Shown one piece after another: positions 9,482 through 19,150 of a DNA stretch of 64,000 nucleotides. Source of the DNA: Clostridia bacterium (GTDB taxonomy: Bacteria > Bacillota > Clostridia > Christensenellales > CAG-314); contig JAFTHP010000044.1 of the NCBI GenBank assembly GCA_017457305.1, forward strand, positions 53,700 through 117,699, given 5' to 3'. The translations under genes were made by a program, and so were the position numbers. The notes under the pieces are model-generated. The model worked only from the letters and a program-made list of their open reading frames with translations, was not told the DNA's origin and searched no databases. The number at the start of each line of letters is the position of its first letter. The stretch's first letter is position 1.

Positions 9482-10114
9482 CTAAATATCCCCAAATCCA
9501 CGGCAAAGGATATCTTCCCATGCCTGTTGATCAATTTGTTCGTCTTTGAACAACTTGCGTTTGTCTTCTTGTGTAATTTTCCTTAGCACCCTGCACGGGT
9601 TACCTACAGCAACGCACCAATCGAGGATGTCCTTTGTAACGACACTGCCTGCACCAATCACAACGTTGTTGCCAATATGCACACCAGGGCAAATCACGCT
9701 GTTACCACCTATCCAAACGTTATTTCCAATGGTGATTTCCTTGCCGTACTCGTACCCGGAGTTGCGCGTTGATGGATAAATTGGGTGTCCAGCTGTAAAA
9801 ATAGACACATTAGGCGCAAGCTGACAATTATCCCCAATTGTAACCTTTGCCACATCCAATATTGTACAGTTGTAGTTTGCAATAAAGTTTTTTCCAACCT
9901 TAATGTGAGAGCCATAGTCACAGTAAAAAGGTGGGTTAATAAAAGCATCATCTACACCCAACAACTCCTTTACAACCTTGGCAATACCTGCAAAATCACT
10001 CCTATCCATAAAATTGAGCTTTTGCAAAATCTTTCTACATCTAATTTGCTCGGCAAAAACTTCACTGTCGGAAATATACGCCAATCCTTTATCCCTACGC
10101 TCAATATTGTTCAT
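9482..10114 (-). CDS. maa: Maltose/galactoside O-acetyltransferase (hexapeptide-repeat)
   Basis: N-terminal Mac-type region (ERRDKGLAYISD...RKILQKLN) followed by left-handed beta-helix hexapeptide repeats (IGDNCQLAPNVSI, IGNNVWIGGNSVI, IGNNVVIGAGSVV). Start at ATG 10114 with a GGAG SD. Confidence 0.8.
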   Translation of the reverse strand: MNNIERRDKGLAYISDSEVFAEQIRCRKILQKLNFMDRSDFAGIAKVVKELLGVDDAFINPPFYCDYGSHIKVGKNFIANYNCTILDVAKVTIGDNCQLAPNVSIFTAGHPIYPSTRNSGYEYGKEITIGNNVWIGGNSVICPGVHIGNNVVIGAGSVVTKDILDWCVAVGNPCRVLRKITQEDKRKLFKDEQIDQQAWEDILCRGFGDI

Positions 10115-10251
10115 ATGCACATCTCCACATATATTGATTACTTTTTGTAGTTAATCACCACAACTACCTAACACTACTAACTGTAAATAGCTTGGTGGTC
10201 GATTTCTTCCTGTAATACTTGATCTTGCACCTTTCGTTTTCGCCGAAAGTA

Positions 10252-10659
10252 TCAATTGCGTTCTTCAAAGGGACGATTAAATGAACCTATCTCAATAAGG
10301 TTGCCTTCTGGATCGGCAACATAGCAGGTGCGCTGTCCCCAAGGCTCTGTTGTGGGTTGCATAACAGGTGTAGCACCTTTACCAACTATGCGATGATACT
10401 CCCTGTCTACCTGTTCAAAGGTGTCAACATACAAAGCAATTTCGAAGTGTCCGTTGATGCCCTGTGTGTATTGATAACTTTTGCTGGTCATTTTTTCAAA
10501 GTTTTTGCGTTCGTAAAGCATAAAGAGCGTGCCATCTTTTATTAGATACACGTTTTGTGCATTTTCCCCTTCGGTAATTTCAAATCCCATAACGTCACGA
10601 TAAAAACGCACCATTGTGGGCATATCCTTTACCAACAATCCAAAACCATCCAATTTCAT
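10252..10659 (-). CDS. VOC/glyoxalase-bleomycin-resistance family protein
   Basis: 135 aa, MKLDGFGLLVKDMPTMVRFYRDVMGFEI...DPEGNLIEI. GGAGGG SD. Confidence 0.75.
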   Translation of the reverse strand: MKLDGFGLLVKDMPTMVRFYRDVMGFEITEGENAQNVYLIKDGTLFMLYERKNFEKMTSKSYQYTQGINGHFEIALYVDTFEQVDREYHRIVGKGATPVMQPTTEPWGQRTCYVADPEGNLIEIGSFNRPFEERN

Positions 10660-10737
10660 AGCAAACAGTCCCTCCTAACACTAATTACATCTTTAACATA
10701 TATTATATACTCAAAATATCTGTAAGTAAAGCCCTAA

Positions 10738-10830
10738 AATAACAAAAAACCTTGGAACAAATTCCAAGGTTTTTGTATTTGTAAAAATGATTTGTGTAGG
10801 CTCTCCAAGAAATTATCTCTTGCTGAATTG
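10738..10830. repeat. 93-bp direct repeat, copy A (orphan copy of the rpsI 3' end plus terminator)
   Basis: Differs at 1 position from 10944-11036. Contains the last 18 nt of rpsI, including its stop, and the CCTTGG..CCAAGG hairpin. Confidence 0.9.
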
Positions 10831-10943
10831 AACATAGTTTAGAAACAAAAACTAATATGTTTGTAGCTTTCCATCTTCTTGATGCCACAATAAGTCAATC
10901 AAGTGTTATTTTGCTACCAAGTTTTTGTTTGGTAATGCTCCAC

Positions 10944-11036
10944 AATAACAAAAAACCTTGGAACAAATTCCAAGGTTTTTGTATTTGTAAAAATGATTTG
11001 TGTAGGCTCTTCAAGAAATTATCTCTTGCTGAATTG
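10944..11036. repeat. 93-bp direct repeat, copy B (authentic rpsI 3' end plus terminator)
   Basis: Overlaps the real rpsI stop (11019-11021). The hairpin serves as the rpsI terminator. Confidence 0.9.
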
Positions 11037-11429
11037 TGGAGCTTTACGAGCTTTCTTGAGACCGTACTTTTTACGTTCCTTCATACGTGGGTCACGTGTG
11101 AGGAAACCGCTCTTTTTGAGGATAGCTTTGTCTTCGCCTGCAAGAACCAATGCACGTGCTACGCCGTGACGGATTGCACCAGCTTGACCTGTATATCCAC
11201 CACCAACTACGTTTACAACAACGTCGTACTTGGACAATGTTTCTGTTGCATTAAGTGGTTGACGAACAATGTACTTGAGTGTGTCTAGACCGAAATATGT
11301 GTCGATATCGCGCTTGTTGATTGTGATTGTGCCGTTTCCACCTGGGATAAGACGAACGCGTGCGATGGACTTCTTTCTTCTACCTGTAGCCCAAAATTGA
11401 ACCTTTTTCTTTGTACTAACTTTTGCCAT
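11019..11429 (-). CDS. rpsI: 30S ribosomal protein S9
   Basis: 136 aa, ...[19 protein letters not shown]...[11 protein letters not shown]. Confidence 0.97.
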   Translation of the reverse strand: MAKVSTKKKVQFWATGRRKKSIARVRLIPGGNGTITINKRDIDTYFGLDTLKYIVRQPLNATETLSKYDVVVNVVGGGYTGQAGAIRHGVARALVLAGEDKAILKKSGFLTRDPRMKERKKYGLKKARKAPQFSKR

Positions 11430-11443
11430 TGTTTTTTACCTCC

Positions 11444-11878
11444 TTAGTCCAACACCAACACTTCTGGTTGTTGAGCCTCGTGTCTGTGTTCTGCGCCTTT
11501 GTAAACGCGAAGTTTGGTTAGCATCTTTCTGCCAAGGCTGTTGTGAGGAAGCATTCCCTTAACAGCTTTCATCATAGCAAAGTCGCTTCTTTCTGCCAAT
11601 AGCTTGCGGTATTTCATTTCCTTTAGGTGACCTGGTCTTGGAGAACGACGAACGTAAAGTTTTTGATCCAATTTTTTACCAGTCAAGATAACCTTGTCAC
11701 AGTTAAGAACGATTACGAAATCGCCTGTATCAACGTGTGGTGTAAAGGTTGGCTTGTTCTTACCACGAAGGATAGAAGCAACAACTGTTGCAACGCGACC
11801 AAGTGGTTTGCCTGCTGCGTCAACTACATACCATTTTCTTTCAACGGCTTCTTTCTTAGCCATAAAAGTTTTAATCAT
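11444..11878 (-). CDS. rplM: 50S ribosomal protein L13
   Basis: 144 aa, [39 protein letters not shown]. Confidence 0.97.
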   Translation of the reverse strand: MIKTFMAKKEAVERKWYVVDAAGKPLGRVATVVASILRGKNKPTFTPHVDTGDFVIVLNCDKVILTGKKLDQKLYVRRSPRPGHLKEMKYRKLLAERSDFAMMKAVKGMLPHNSLGRKMLTKLRVYKGAEHRHEAQQPEVLVLD

Positions 11879-12001
11879 TTTTATTTTCTCCCAATATTTA
11901 AGTTTGTTTGCTGTTCACGGTTGAACAATTACCGCCAGTGGAAATGCGGTTTAGACCTGGCAGAGCTTAAAATACCAAGCCGAATTATTCACAGCCTTTC
12001 C

Positions 12002-12030
12002 ATTATACTTGCAAAGGCTATTTCTGTCAA
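12002..12030 (-). promoter_or_regulatory. Consensus sigma-70 promoter for rplM-rpsI
   Basis: On the minus strand: TTGACA (12030-12025), 17-nt spacer, TATAAT (12007-12002). This leaves a 5' leader of roughly 120 nt before rplM. Confidence 0.7.
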
Positions 12031-12328
12031 CAAAAATGAATACGTTTTGCGATATTTTTTTGCTAATTCTACCACTTTATTAAAATAAATTTTAATATAA
12101 TACTTCTTCGTATTCCGCCATGTATAACTGAACGTCCATTTCAAGCCGTCCCTAACACTTTTGCAAAAATGGGCCGCAAATCCTGATTTGTGGGACGAGC
12201 AACAGTACTTAGTGCGAGCCAGTGTGTATAACACACTTGCGAAGCTATTTGTGCTTGTTGCGACGAAGGGAAGGGGGACCGCTTGCGGTGGAAGGGTATT
12301 ACTGCAAAACAATACAAATTGTTGCAGA

Positions 12329-13063
12329 TCAATAGAACACTTCTTCTAGCGTAAGCCCCTTTGATGCAAGGGTTTTGAACTTGAGCTTGGTGCCATTTAG
12401 CATTGCCACAACGTCATCTTGGTTGTACTTTCCCTTGCCCACTTCTACAAGCAAACCACACATTATGCGCACTTGATTATACAAAAAAGCGTTTCCGTTT
12501 ACCACAAAATGGATAACGTTTGGCTGTACTTCCACCACGTCAAAGCTGTTAACTGTTCGTACAGTTCCTTTCAAATTGCTACCAGTTTTTTGAAAAGCAG
12601 CAAAGTCGTGCGTGCCAACAAGCAGTTTTGCTGCCTGTTGCATTGCTTCAACGTCAAGGGGTTTGTACACCTGCGTATGATTGACGTCTAACGTGGGTTT
12701 TCTAACAGGGGAAACGTACACCCTGTAACAGTAGGTTTTGCTAACTGCGCTGAATCTAGCATCAAAGCTGTCATCAACAATTTCGGCATTGGTAACTGCA
12801 ACGGAACTTGGCAAACTTAGATTAACTCCCAAGCAAAGTTTGAAAGGGTTCACCTTCTTTTCCGTGAAGAAATGTGCAACCTGCCCTTTTGCGTGGACAC
12901 CAACGTCGGTACGCCCAGCGGCATACACACGGACAAAATCACAGTCGAAATACTTGCCTAGCGCACGCTCAACAGCATCCTGCACCGAACTGCCATTTAC
13001 CTGACTTTGCCAACCGCAAAAGTCGGTGCCAATATATTCAATTGTCAACTTTATTTTGTACAT
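12329..13063 (-). CDS. truA: tRNA pseudouridine(38-40) synthase
   Basis: Catalytic motif AAGRTDVGVHAKGQV. Start taken at ATG 13063 (AAGGA SD) rather than GTG 13081. Confidence 0.9.
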   Translation of the reverse strand: MYKIKLTIEYIGTDFCGWQSQVNGSSVQDAVERALGKYFDCDFVRVYAAGRTDVGVHAKGQVAHFFTEKKVNPFKLCLGVNLSLPSSVAVTNAEIVDDSFDARFSAVSKTYCYRVYVSPVRKPTLDVNHTQVYKPLDVEAMQQAAKLLVGTHDFAAFQKTGSNLKGTVRTVNSFDVVEVQPNVIHFVVNGNAFLYNQVRIMCGLLVEVGKGKYNQDDVVAMLNGTKLKFKTLASKGLTLEEVFY

Positions 13064-13155
13064 TGTATCCTTGTTGTGCACCTACACGCCAATTGGCATT
13101 GTATGCAAAGTAAAGAGTTTTAAGTATCGTTAGTTGTACGCTTTAGTGGCTTTTG

Positions 13156-13992
13156 TTAGAAATATAGCCAAGTAATTGTTGACCATTGACTTCTCATTGC
13201 ATACACCACGAATATTGTGGCAAATACTGCAACAGTAATCAATGCACCAACAAGGTCGCGCCAGGATAGCTTCATCACACGCATTTGTGTGCGATTGGTT
13301 GAACCTTCGTAGCAACGACTGTTCATTGCGTTGGCAAGCTCTTCGGCTTTGCGGAAGCCACCAACAAGCAATGGGATTAAAATAGGAACAAATGCTTTGG
13401 CACGCTTTATCAAATTGCCACTGTCAAAGCTTGCACCACGTGCCTTTTGTGCAGAAATGATGCGGTCAGTTTCTTCAATCAGCCCTGGAATAAAGGACAA
13501 CGTCAAGCTCATAATAAGCGCCAATTCATGTGCTGGGAACTTGATAACCTTGAGTGGTTTTAGCAAGCTTTCTATAGCGTGCGTAAGGTCTACTGGTGTG
13601 GTTGTCAACGTGAGCAAGCTGCTACCCATTACCAAAAATACTAGTCTAAGTAGCATCTTTGCCGCAACAATCAACCCTTGGTCGTAGATTTCAAAAATCC
13701 ACCAACTAACCAGCAAGTTGCCATCTTTTGTAAAGAACATATTGAGTAAAGCCGTCAAGCACAGCAGAAAGATAATTCCCTTGATGGACTTTACAATAGA
13801 TCCAAGTGGCACGTGAGAAAAACCAATAGCTACTAGCAAAAACAGCGCCACAAAGGCAAATCCCACAAAACTTTGAACAAAGAAGATGCCCACCATAAAC
13901 AACAAGCAAAGTATCAGCTTGATTCTTGCATCCATACTGTGCACAAAGGATTTTGTCAAATAATATTGACCGAAGGTAACGTCTCTAAGCAT
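13156..13992 (-). CDS. ecfT: ECF transporter transmembrane component
   Basis: 278 aa polytopic protein, MDARIKLILCLLF... (CbiQ/EcfT type), located after two EcfA ATPase genes. Confidence 0.85.
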   Translation of the reverse strand: MLRDVTFGQYYLTKSFVHSMDARIKLILCLLFMVGIFFVQSFVGFAFVALFLLVAIGFSHVPLGSIVKSIKGIIFLLCLTALLNMFFTKDGNLLVSWWIFEIYDQGLIVAAKMLLRLVFLVMGSSLLTLTTTPVDLTHAIESLLKPLKVIKFPAHELALIMSLTLSFIPGLIEETDRIISAQKARGASFDSGNLIKRAKAFVPILIPLLVGGFRKAEELANAMNSRCYEGSTNRTQMRVMKLSWRDLVGALITVAVFATIFVVYAMRSQWSTITWLYF

Positions 13993-14893
13993 TGCTACCC
14001 TCCTTTAGCGCACAAAGGGCGGCAAACACTTCTTCAACGTTGTGACAAGTTGGCAAGGTTATACCAGCTTGCTCCAACACGTTGCAAAATGCTGCAACCT
14101 GTGGCACTTCCAAGTTCATATCTTCAATTTCATTTTCCAATCGGAAAAGTTGTTGTGGAGGAAGGTCGTACACAAGACAACCATCTCTAAACACAATAAC
14201 TCTGTCGGCGTTTTCGTACACTTCGTTCATGTCGTGCGACACCATGATAACGGTAACGCCTTGTTCCTTGTTGAGCTTGCGAACTAGTTGCAAAATTTCC
14301 TTTTTGCCCTGTGGATCTAGCCCTGCAGTAGGCTCATCCAACACCAAAATTTGTGGCTCGCTGACCAACACTCCTGCAAAGGCTACACGGCGCTTTTCCC
14401 CGCCGGATAGGTCAAATGGGGACTTGTTCTTTACTTCCTCAAAATCCAGCCCCACTAGCTCAATAGCCTTTTTGGCAAGCTGTTCGTGCTCGCTTGCTGG
14501 CACGCCAAAGTTCTTTGGGCCAAAGCACACGTCTTCCAATACGGTATCGGCAAAAAGCTGATATTCTGGGTACTGGAACACCATACCAACTTGCTTTCTC
14601 AGTTGCATCAAGTTGGGCTTCTTTTGTGCAAGATCGTGCCCTAAAACGTTTAAGCTGCCCTGTTGAAGGCGCATAAGTGCGTTCAAATGCTGAACAAAGG
14701 TAGATTTGCCACTACCTGTGTGACCAACCAATGCAACAAATTCGCCACGGTTGATTGTAAGGCTAATATCTGTTAGTGCGCGCTTGCCGCTAGTGGATTT
14801 TGCATTGTAGCTGAAGGTCAGTTTATCTGCATAAATGGCAACGTTTGGTTCTACTACGCTAGGGGTAGGAACTATCTTTTTAGCTCTTGGCAT
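13985..14893 (-). CDS. ecfA2: ECF transporter ATPase A2
   Basis: Walker A GHTGSGKST, signature LSGGEKRRVAFAGVL, Walker B ILVLDEPTAGLD. Confidence 0.9.
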   Translation of the reverse strand: MPRAKKIVPTPSVVEPNVAIYADKLTFSYNAKSTSGKRALTDISLTINRGEFVALVGHTGSGKSTFVQHLNALMRLQQGSLNVLGHDLAQKKPNLMQLRKQVGMVFQYPEYQLFADTVLEDVCFGPKNFGVPASEHEQLAKKAIELVGLDFEEVKNKSPFDLSGGEKRRVAFAGVLVSEPQILVLDEPTAGLDPQGKKEILQLVRKLNKEQGVTVIMVSHDMNEVYENADRVIVFRDGCLVYDLPPQQLFRLENEIEDMNLEVPQVAAFCNVLEQAGITLPTCHNVEEVFAALCALKEGSNA

Positions 14894-15744
14894 ACTTCCC
14901 CTCCTAGCATCTTGATATCTGTATTATTGTCGGTAACTGCAAATCCCGCTTGGTGCAGTAGATGAGATAGTTGCACCGCTCTTGGCGCGCGCAAGCCCAC
15001 TTCTTCCAACAATTTTGTATTGGTAAAAATCTCCATAGGTGTGCCTTGACTTACCACATGACCATTGTTCATAACGATAACTTTGTTGGCGTCTAGCACT
15101 TCTTCCATAAAGTGAGTAATTAGTATAACAGTCATGCCTTGCTTGTTGAGTTGATGAGCAACAGCAAGCACTTCCTTTCTTCCAAGTGGATCGAGCATTG
15201 CAGTTGATTCGTCCAACACCAACACCTTTGGCTGAATAGCCAATGCCCCAGCAATGGCAATACGTTGTTTTTGTCCACCAGATAGTCTACTAGGCGCACT
15301 GTGGGCAAACTCCACCATGTTGACCTGTTCAAGAGCCTTGTACACACGCTCCCTAATTTCCGCCGATGGCACACCAAGGTTTTCGGGGCCAAAAGCGACG
15401 TCTTCTTCTACGATGCTAGCAACACGTTGGTTATCTGGATTTTGAAAAACCATGCCAACGCTCTTGCGAATATCAAAGATGCACTTTTTGTCAGCGGTAT
15501 CCATGCCGGAAACTAGCACTTTGCCATTGGTTGGACGAAGCAGACCATTTAGCAGCTTTGCCAAGGTAGATTTTCCGCAACCATTGTGACCAACAAGCGC
15601 AACAAAATCACCCTCGCAAATGGAGAGTGTAACCCCTTCTACGCCGATATCCTGAACAGCGGTACCATCTTCGGCAAAGGTCTTGTAATAGTAGGTTGCG
15701 TTTTGCAACTCAATTATTACATTTTGTTGTGTTGTTTCGCTCAT
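14872..15744 (-). CDS. ecfA1: ECF transporter ATPase A1
   Basis: Walker A GHNGCGKST, LSGGQKQRIAIAGAL, VLVLDEST. Start at ATG 15744 with an AAGGAG SD. Confidence 0.9.
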   Translation of the reverse strand: MSETTQQNVIIELQNATYYYKTFAEDGTAVQDIGVEGVTLSICEGDFVALVGHNGCGKSTLAKLLNGLLRPTNGKVLVSGMDTADKKCIFDIRKSVGMVFQNPDNQRVASIVEEDVAFGPENLGVPSAEIRERVYKALEQVNMVEFAHSAPSRLSGGQKQRIAIAGALAIQPKVLVLDESTAMLDPLGRKEVLAVAHQLNKQGMTVILITHFMEEVLDANKVIVMNNGHVVSQGTPMEIFTNTKLLEEVGLRAPRAVQLSHLLHQAGFAVTDNNTDIKMLGGEVCQELKR

Positions 15745-15778
15745 TGATAACTCCTTGTCGCATAATACTACAGTGTAT

Positions 15779-15807
15779 ATTATAACCAATAAACGTCAAT
15801 TTGGCAA
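15779..15807 (-). promoter_or_regulatory. Candidate promoter of the ecfA1-ecfA2-ecfT-truA operon
   Basis: On the minus strand: TTGCCA (15807-15802), 17-nt spacer, TATAAT (15784-15779). Confidence 0.45.
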
Positions 15808-15995
15808 GAAGGTAAATACAAAAACACCAGCCTTCCTATTTGCAAAGACTTTTGCTTGTGATTTGCCAAAGCAATTGCATTGACAACAGGTTTGTCACAC
15901 ATCACTTGCAATGCTAACTCAAAAAACACCCTGCTGTTGTGCTGCATTATTGCTAATTGACAAACATATCCTACCACCACTAGCTGAAAGACAAC

Positions 15996-16030
15996 AAAAA
16001 AAACGGTGCTTTTACTTTGCACCGCTTTTT
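15996..16030. terminator. Bidirectional terminator
   Basis: A-run, CGGTGC (16004-16009) / GCACCG (16019-16024), T-run. Lies just downstream of the ABC exporter stop. Confidence 0.7.
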
Positions 16031-16060
16031 GTAATAACTATATAATTTTTACAACGAAAA

Positions 16061-17788
16061 CTACATTGTTTTAAATTGGTTGTTGTATAGCTCTGCGTAG
16101 ATTCCGTTTGGTTGTTGCATCAGTTGGTCGTGATTGCCCCTTTCTGCAATGCCGTCCTTGGTAATTACCATAATTTCATCGGCATTTTTGATGGTGGAAA
16201 GGCGGTGTGCAACAACAATGGTTGTTCTTCCCTTAGATAGTTCGGACAATGATTGTTGAATTTGCATTTCCGTAACGTTATCCAATGCGCTTGTAGCTTC
16301 GTCCAAGATAAGAATTGGTGGATTTTTTAGGAAAGCTCTAGCAATGGAAATACGTTGTTTTTGTCCACCGCTGAGTTTTACACCACGTTCGCCCACTTCA
16401 GTATCGTAGCCTTCGGGTAAATCCATGATAAAGTTGTGGATATTGGCGCGTTTTGCCGCTTCCACAATTTCCTCAAAGGAAGCATCCAAGTTGCCGTAGG
16501 CAATGTTATCCTTGATGGAACCGCCGAAAAGGAAAACGTCTTGTTGAACAATACCAATGTTTTTGCGAAGACCGTATCTGGTCATCTTGGTGATGTCGAT
16601 GCCGTCAATGCTGATAACACCGCTGTTTACTTCGTAAAAACGTGGAATCAAGTGGCACATTGTTGTTTTTCCGCCACCGCTTGGGCCAACTAATGCAATG
16701 GTTTTGCCACTTTGAACACTAAAGCTTACGTCGTCTAACACAAAGTGTTCTTCGTCCCCTTGGTAATGGAAGCTTACGTGATCAAATGTGATATTACCTG
16801 CAAGCTTGTCCACTTCGATAGCATTTGCATCTTCCGTTTCCCCTTGGGTATGCATAACTTCGTGGAAACGAGCATAACCAGTCATACCGCTTTGAATACT
16901 TTCAAAAATTGCCGTCAATGTTCTAATTGGCGCAACGATGTTGGCAATGTACAGAATAAACGCTGTAAACTGACCATCGTCAATTTGTTCGTAGAAGAAA
17001 AACATACCGCCGGCAAACAATGCCACAAGGTACAGCAGGTCGGTAAACAACCCCATACCGCTGTGGAAGATACCCATTTGCTTATATGCTTGTCCGCGAG
17101 CGTGTTGGAAGTTTTTGTTGGCTTTGTCAAATTTGTTGATTTCGTGCTTGGTTGCTGTGTATGCCTTGGAAACACGGATTCCGCTAACGGAGCTTTCCAC
17201 TTGTGCGTTTATTTCCCCCGTTTGCTTACGCATTTCGGCAAAGGCCTTCTTTTGACGACGGCGTTGAACAAATGCAAACCACATCATAAAGGGCACAAGG
17301 GCAAATGTGATTAGTGCAAGCCATGGATTGACCGTTAGTGCCACCATCAACAACGCACCAATCAATGTGATGCCGGAAAGGAACAAATCTTCCGGTCCAT
17401 GGTGAGCTAGCTCGCTTATGTCAAACAAGTCGTTGATGATACGGCTCATTATTGTACCGGTTTTGTTTTCGTCAAAATAGCTAAAGGGCAACTTTTGAAT
17501 ATGATGGAAAAAGTCACGGCGCATATCCCCTTGGATACGAACACCCATGATATGTCCCCAGTACTGAATAACGTAGTTCAAAAAGGCCTTAACAATGTAG
17601 ATAACCAACAACACCAAGCACCAAACAACAACCATTTGGATATTTTGATTGGGAATATAGGTGTTGATGATGTTACCCGTTATGGCTGGATAAAACAAGT
17701 TGCACAGTGATACAATCAAGGCACACAGCATATCAATGAAGAACAACTTACGGTGTGGCTTGTAGTAAGTAAAAAACTCTTTTAGCAT
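16061..17788 (-). CDS. ABC exporter, fused permease/ATPase (MsbA/multidrug type)
   Basis: 575 aa. Six-TM N-terminal half; Walker A GPSGGGKTT, LSGGQKQRISIARA, ILILDEATSALD. Confidence 0.9.
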   Translation of the reverse strand: MLKEFFTYYKPHRKLFFIDMLCALIVSLCNLFYPAITGNIINTYIPNQNIQMVVVWCLVLLVIYIVKAFLNYVIQYWGHIMGVRIQGDMRRDFFHHIQKLPFSYFDENKTGTIMSRIINDLFDISELAHHGPEDLFLSGITLIGALLMVALTVNPWLALITFALVPFMMWFAFVQRRRQKKAFAEMRKQTGEINAQVESSVSGIRVSKAYTATKHEINKFDKANKNFQHARGQAYKQMGIFHSGMGLFTDLLYLVALFAGGMFFFYEQIDDGQFTAFILYIANIVAPIRTLTAIFESIQSGMTGYARFHEVMHTQGETEDANAIEVDKLAGNITFDHVSFHYQGDEEHFVLDDVSFSVQSGKTIALVGPSGGGKTTMCHLIPRFYEVNSGVISIDGIDITKMTRYGLRKNIGIVQQDVFLFGGSIKDNIAYGNLDASFEEIVEAAKRANIHNFIMDLPEGYDTEVGERGVKLSGGQKQRISIARAFLKNPPILILDEATSALDNVTEMQIQQSLSELSKGRTTIVVAHRLSTIKNADEIMVITKDGIAERGNHDQLMQQPNGIYAELYNNQFKTM

Positions 17789-17891
17789 AATTTACCTCGT
17801 CAAAAAATCCTTACTATTGTACCAAATAATTCAAAATTTGACAAGAAAACAGCCATTAGTAAATAAAGATAGTTACCGCAATCATTTATGA

Positions 17892-17920
17892 TTGACAATT
17901 TGACCAAGTTATTGTACAAT
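17892..17920 (+). promoter_or_regulatory. Promoter of rnpB
   Basis: TTGACA (17892-17897), 17-nt spacer, TACAAT (17915-17920). Confidence 0.65.
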
Positions 17921-17924
17921 ACAA

Positions 17925-18262
17925 GGGTAAGAGACAGCCAGACGGTTGCGTGGGACTTGTTCCTACGAGGAAAGTCCGAGCACCACAGAGCAAGAGTGCA
18001 GGATAACGTCCTGTGAAGGCGACTTTAAGGAAAGTGCAACAGAAATATACCGCAGCGCAAGCTGTAAGGGTGGAAATGCAGGGTAAGAGCCTACACACGC
18101 TTTGGTGACAACGCGTGCATGTAAACCCCACTCGGTGCAAGAACTGAGACCAAATGCCTGCTCGGCATCTCGACATATTCGCTAGAGACTGTTGGTAACA
18201 ACAGCCGTAGAAAGATAACCGTCCAATACAGAACTCGGCTTACAGACTGAACTCTTACAACA
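17925..18262 (+). ncRNA. rnpB: RNase P RNA, bacterial type A
   Basis: P4 halves GAGGAAAGTCCGAGC and ACAGAACTCGGCTTA. Also AGTGCAACAGAAA, GGTAAGAGC and GTAAACCCCACTCGGTGCAAG, which parallel E. coli M1 RNA. P1 pairing is GTAAGAG (17927-17933) with CTCTTAC (18252-18258). Ends are approximate. Confidence 0.9.
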
Positions 18263-18271
18263 AATAACATC

Positions 18272-18307
18272 AGGTCCCTTGGGTAACTCCCAAAGGACCT
18301 GTTTTTT
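18272..18307 (+). repeat. 36-nt terminator hairpin, copy 1 (after rnpB)
   Basis: AGGTCCCTTGGGTAACTCCCAAAGGACCTGTTTTTT, identical to 19486-19521. Confidence 0.9.
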
Positions 18308-18325
18308 ATTTTATATGTTATTAAA

Positions 18326-19150
18326 TTATTCTTCAAATCCAAAATCCGATAGGCTTAGTTTCGAGTCTATATCCTCCAATACTTTTTCGAACAAGCTTAA
18401 CGTTGTTTTCGTTGAGCTAATCATTAAACTATGAACTGAGTCTTCTAGAGAATACGAAAGAGCCGGAACATAATAAAAATCAAAAATATATGCGTAATCA
18501 GTACTTGTCATTGATTTAAAAATATATCCAGATGCATAATCTTCGCCGGAATAACCACTATATTCTACAAGTGCACCTACATCAACTTGATCCCCTTTGT
18601 CAGTTACATCTGATAAAGAAATATAGAAAGTTAATTCCGAAGAACTAATCAATAGTGAAATATTTATTTCATCCTTATTAGGATAATAATACATAGCAAA
18701 TACATATTGAGTTGATATAACTAACGTATAATCATATTTACTATCAGAATATTCTCCGTATCTTTTAATATAATTTACCAATAATTTATGTGGATTTATT
18801 ACAGCTTTACATGTTGTACAATATCCGTCCGCTCCTTCAACACATTTAGTTTTGGGAATAGTATTTTGAGAAACTGTAACTAACCCACAAATTGAACAAT
18901 ACTTACCATCTGTTAGGCCAGTTGTTTGACATGTTGCAGGATGTCCCTTTTTTGTCACAATATTGTGTCCAGTAGCTGGAACGATTTGTTGAGCTTGTAA
19001 AACTTCTCCACAATCTTGACAATGTCTGCCCGCACTCAAACCAGCAGCTGTGCAAGTTGCTTCCACAGAATGATCAATAATAATATTCTGGTGACTGCAA
19101 CCACATGCAGAAAGCACGAGCAAAAAACTTAATAATAGTACTAAAATCAA
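18326..19150 (-). CDS. Cys-rich putative lipoprotein; TTG start, or truncated by an in-frame TAA
   Basis: Lipobox LLVLSAC-G. Two ATCxxxGLxxGxxCxxCG-type Cys modules. An ATG (19174) with a GGAGGAG SD lies in frame 8 codons upstream but is separated from the ORF by TAA at 19159-19157. Confidence 0.6.
   Translation of the reverse strand: MILVLLLSFLLVLSACGCSHQNIIIDHSVEATCTAAGLSAGRHCQDCGEVLQAQQIVPATGHNIVTKKGHPATCQTTGLTDGKYCSICGLVTVSQNTIPKTKCVEGADGYCTTCKAVINPHKLLVNYIKRYGEYSDSKYDYTLVISTQYVFAMYYYPNKDEINISLLISSSELTFYISLSDVTDKGDQVDVGALVEYSGYSGEDYASGYIFKSMTSTDYAYIFDFYYVPALSYSLEDSVHSLMISSTKTTLSLFEKVLEDIDSKLSLSDFGFEE

Noticed and set aside
8973-11036. Repeated identical 30-nt palindromes as a CRISPR array
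   Set aside because: There are only three copies, roughly 1.7 kb and 0.2 kb apart. Each is an A-run/stem/T-run terminator located right after a gene, and there are no regular spacers or cas genes.
11989-12312. 107-aa and 63-aa minus-strand ORFs in the truA-rplM spacer
   Set aside because: They have no SD and an implausible composition, and they run across the rplM promoter and leader.
15780-16022. 80-aa minus-strand ORF between ecfA1 and the ABC exporter
   Set aside because: It spans the exporter's terminator and the ecf promoter region, and there is no SD. It is more likely non-coding.
17886-18342. 96-aa and 83-aa minus-strand ORFs
   Set aside because: They overlap the RNase P RNA gene, whose P4 and other universal elements are unambiguous. 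The ORFs are artefacts of a GC-rich structured RNA.
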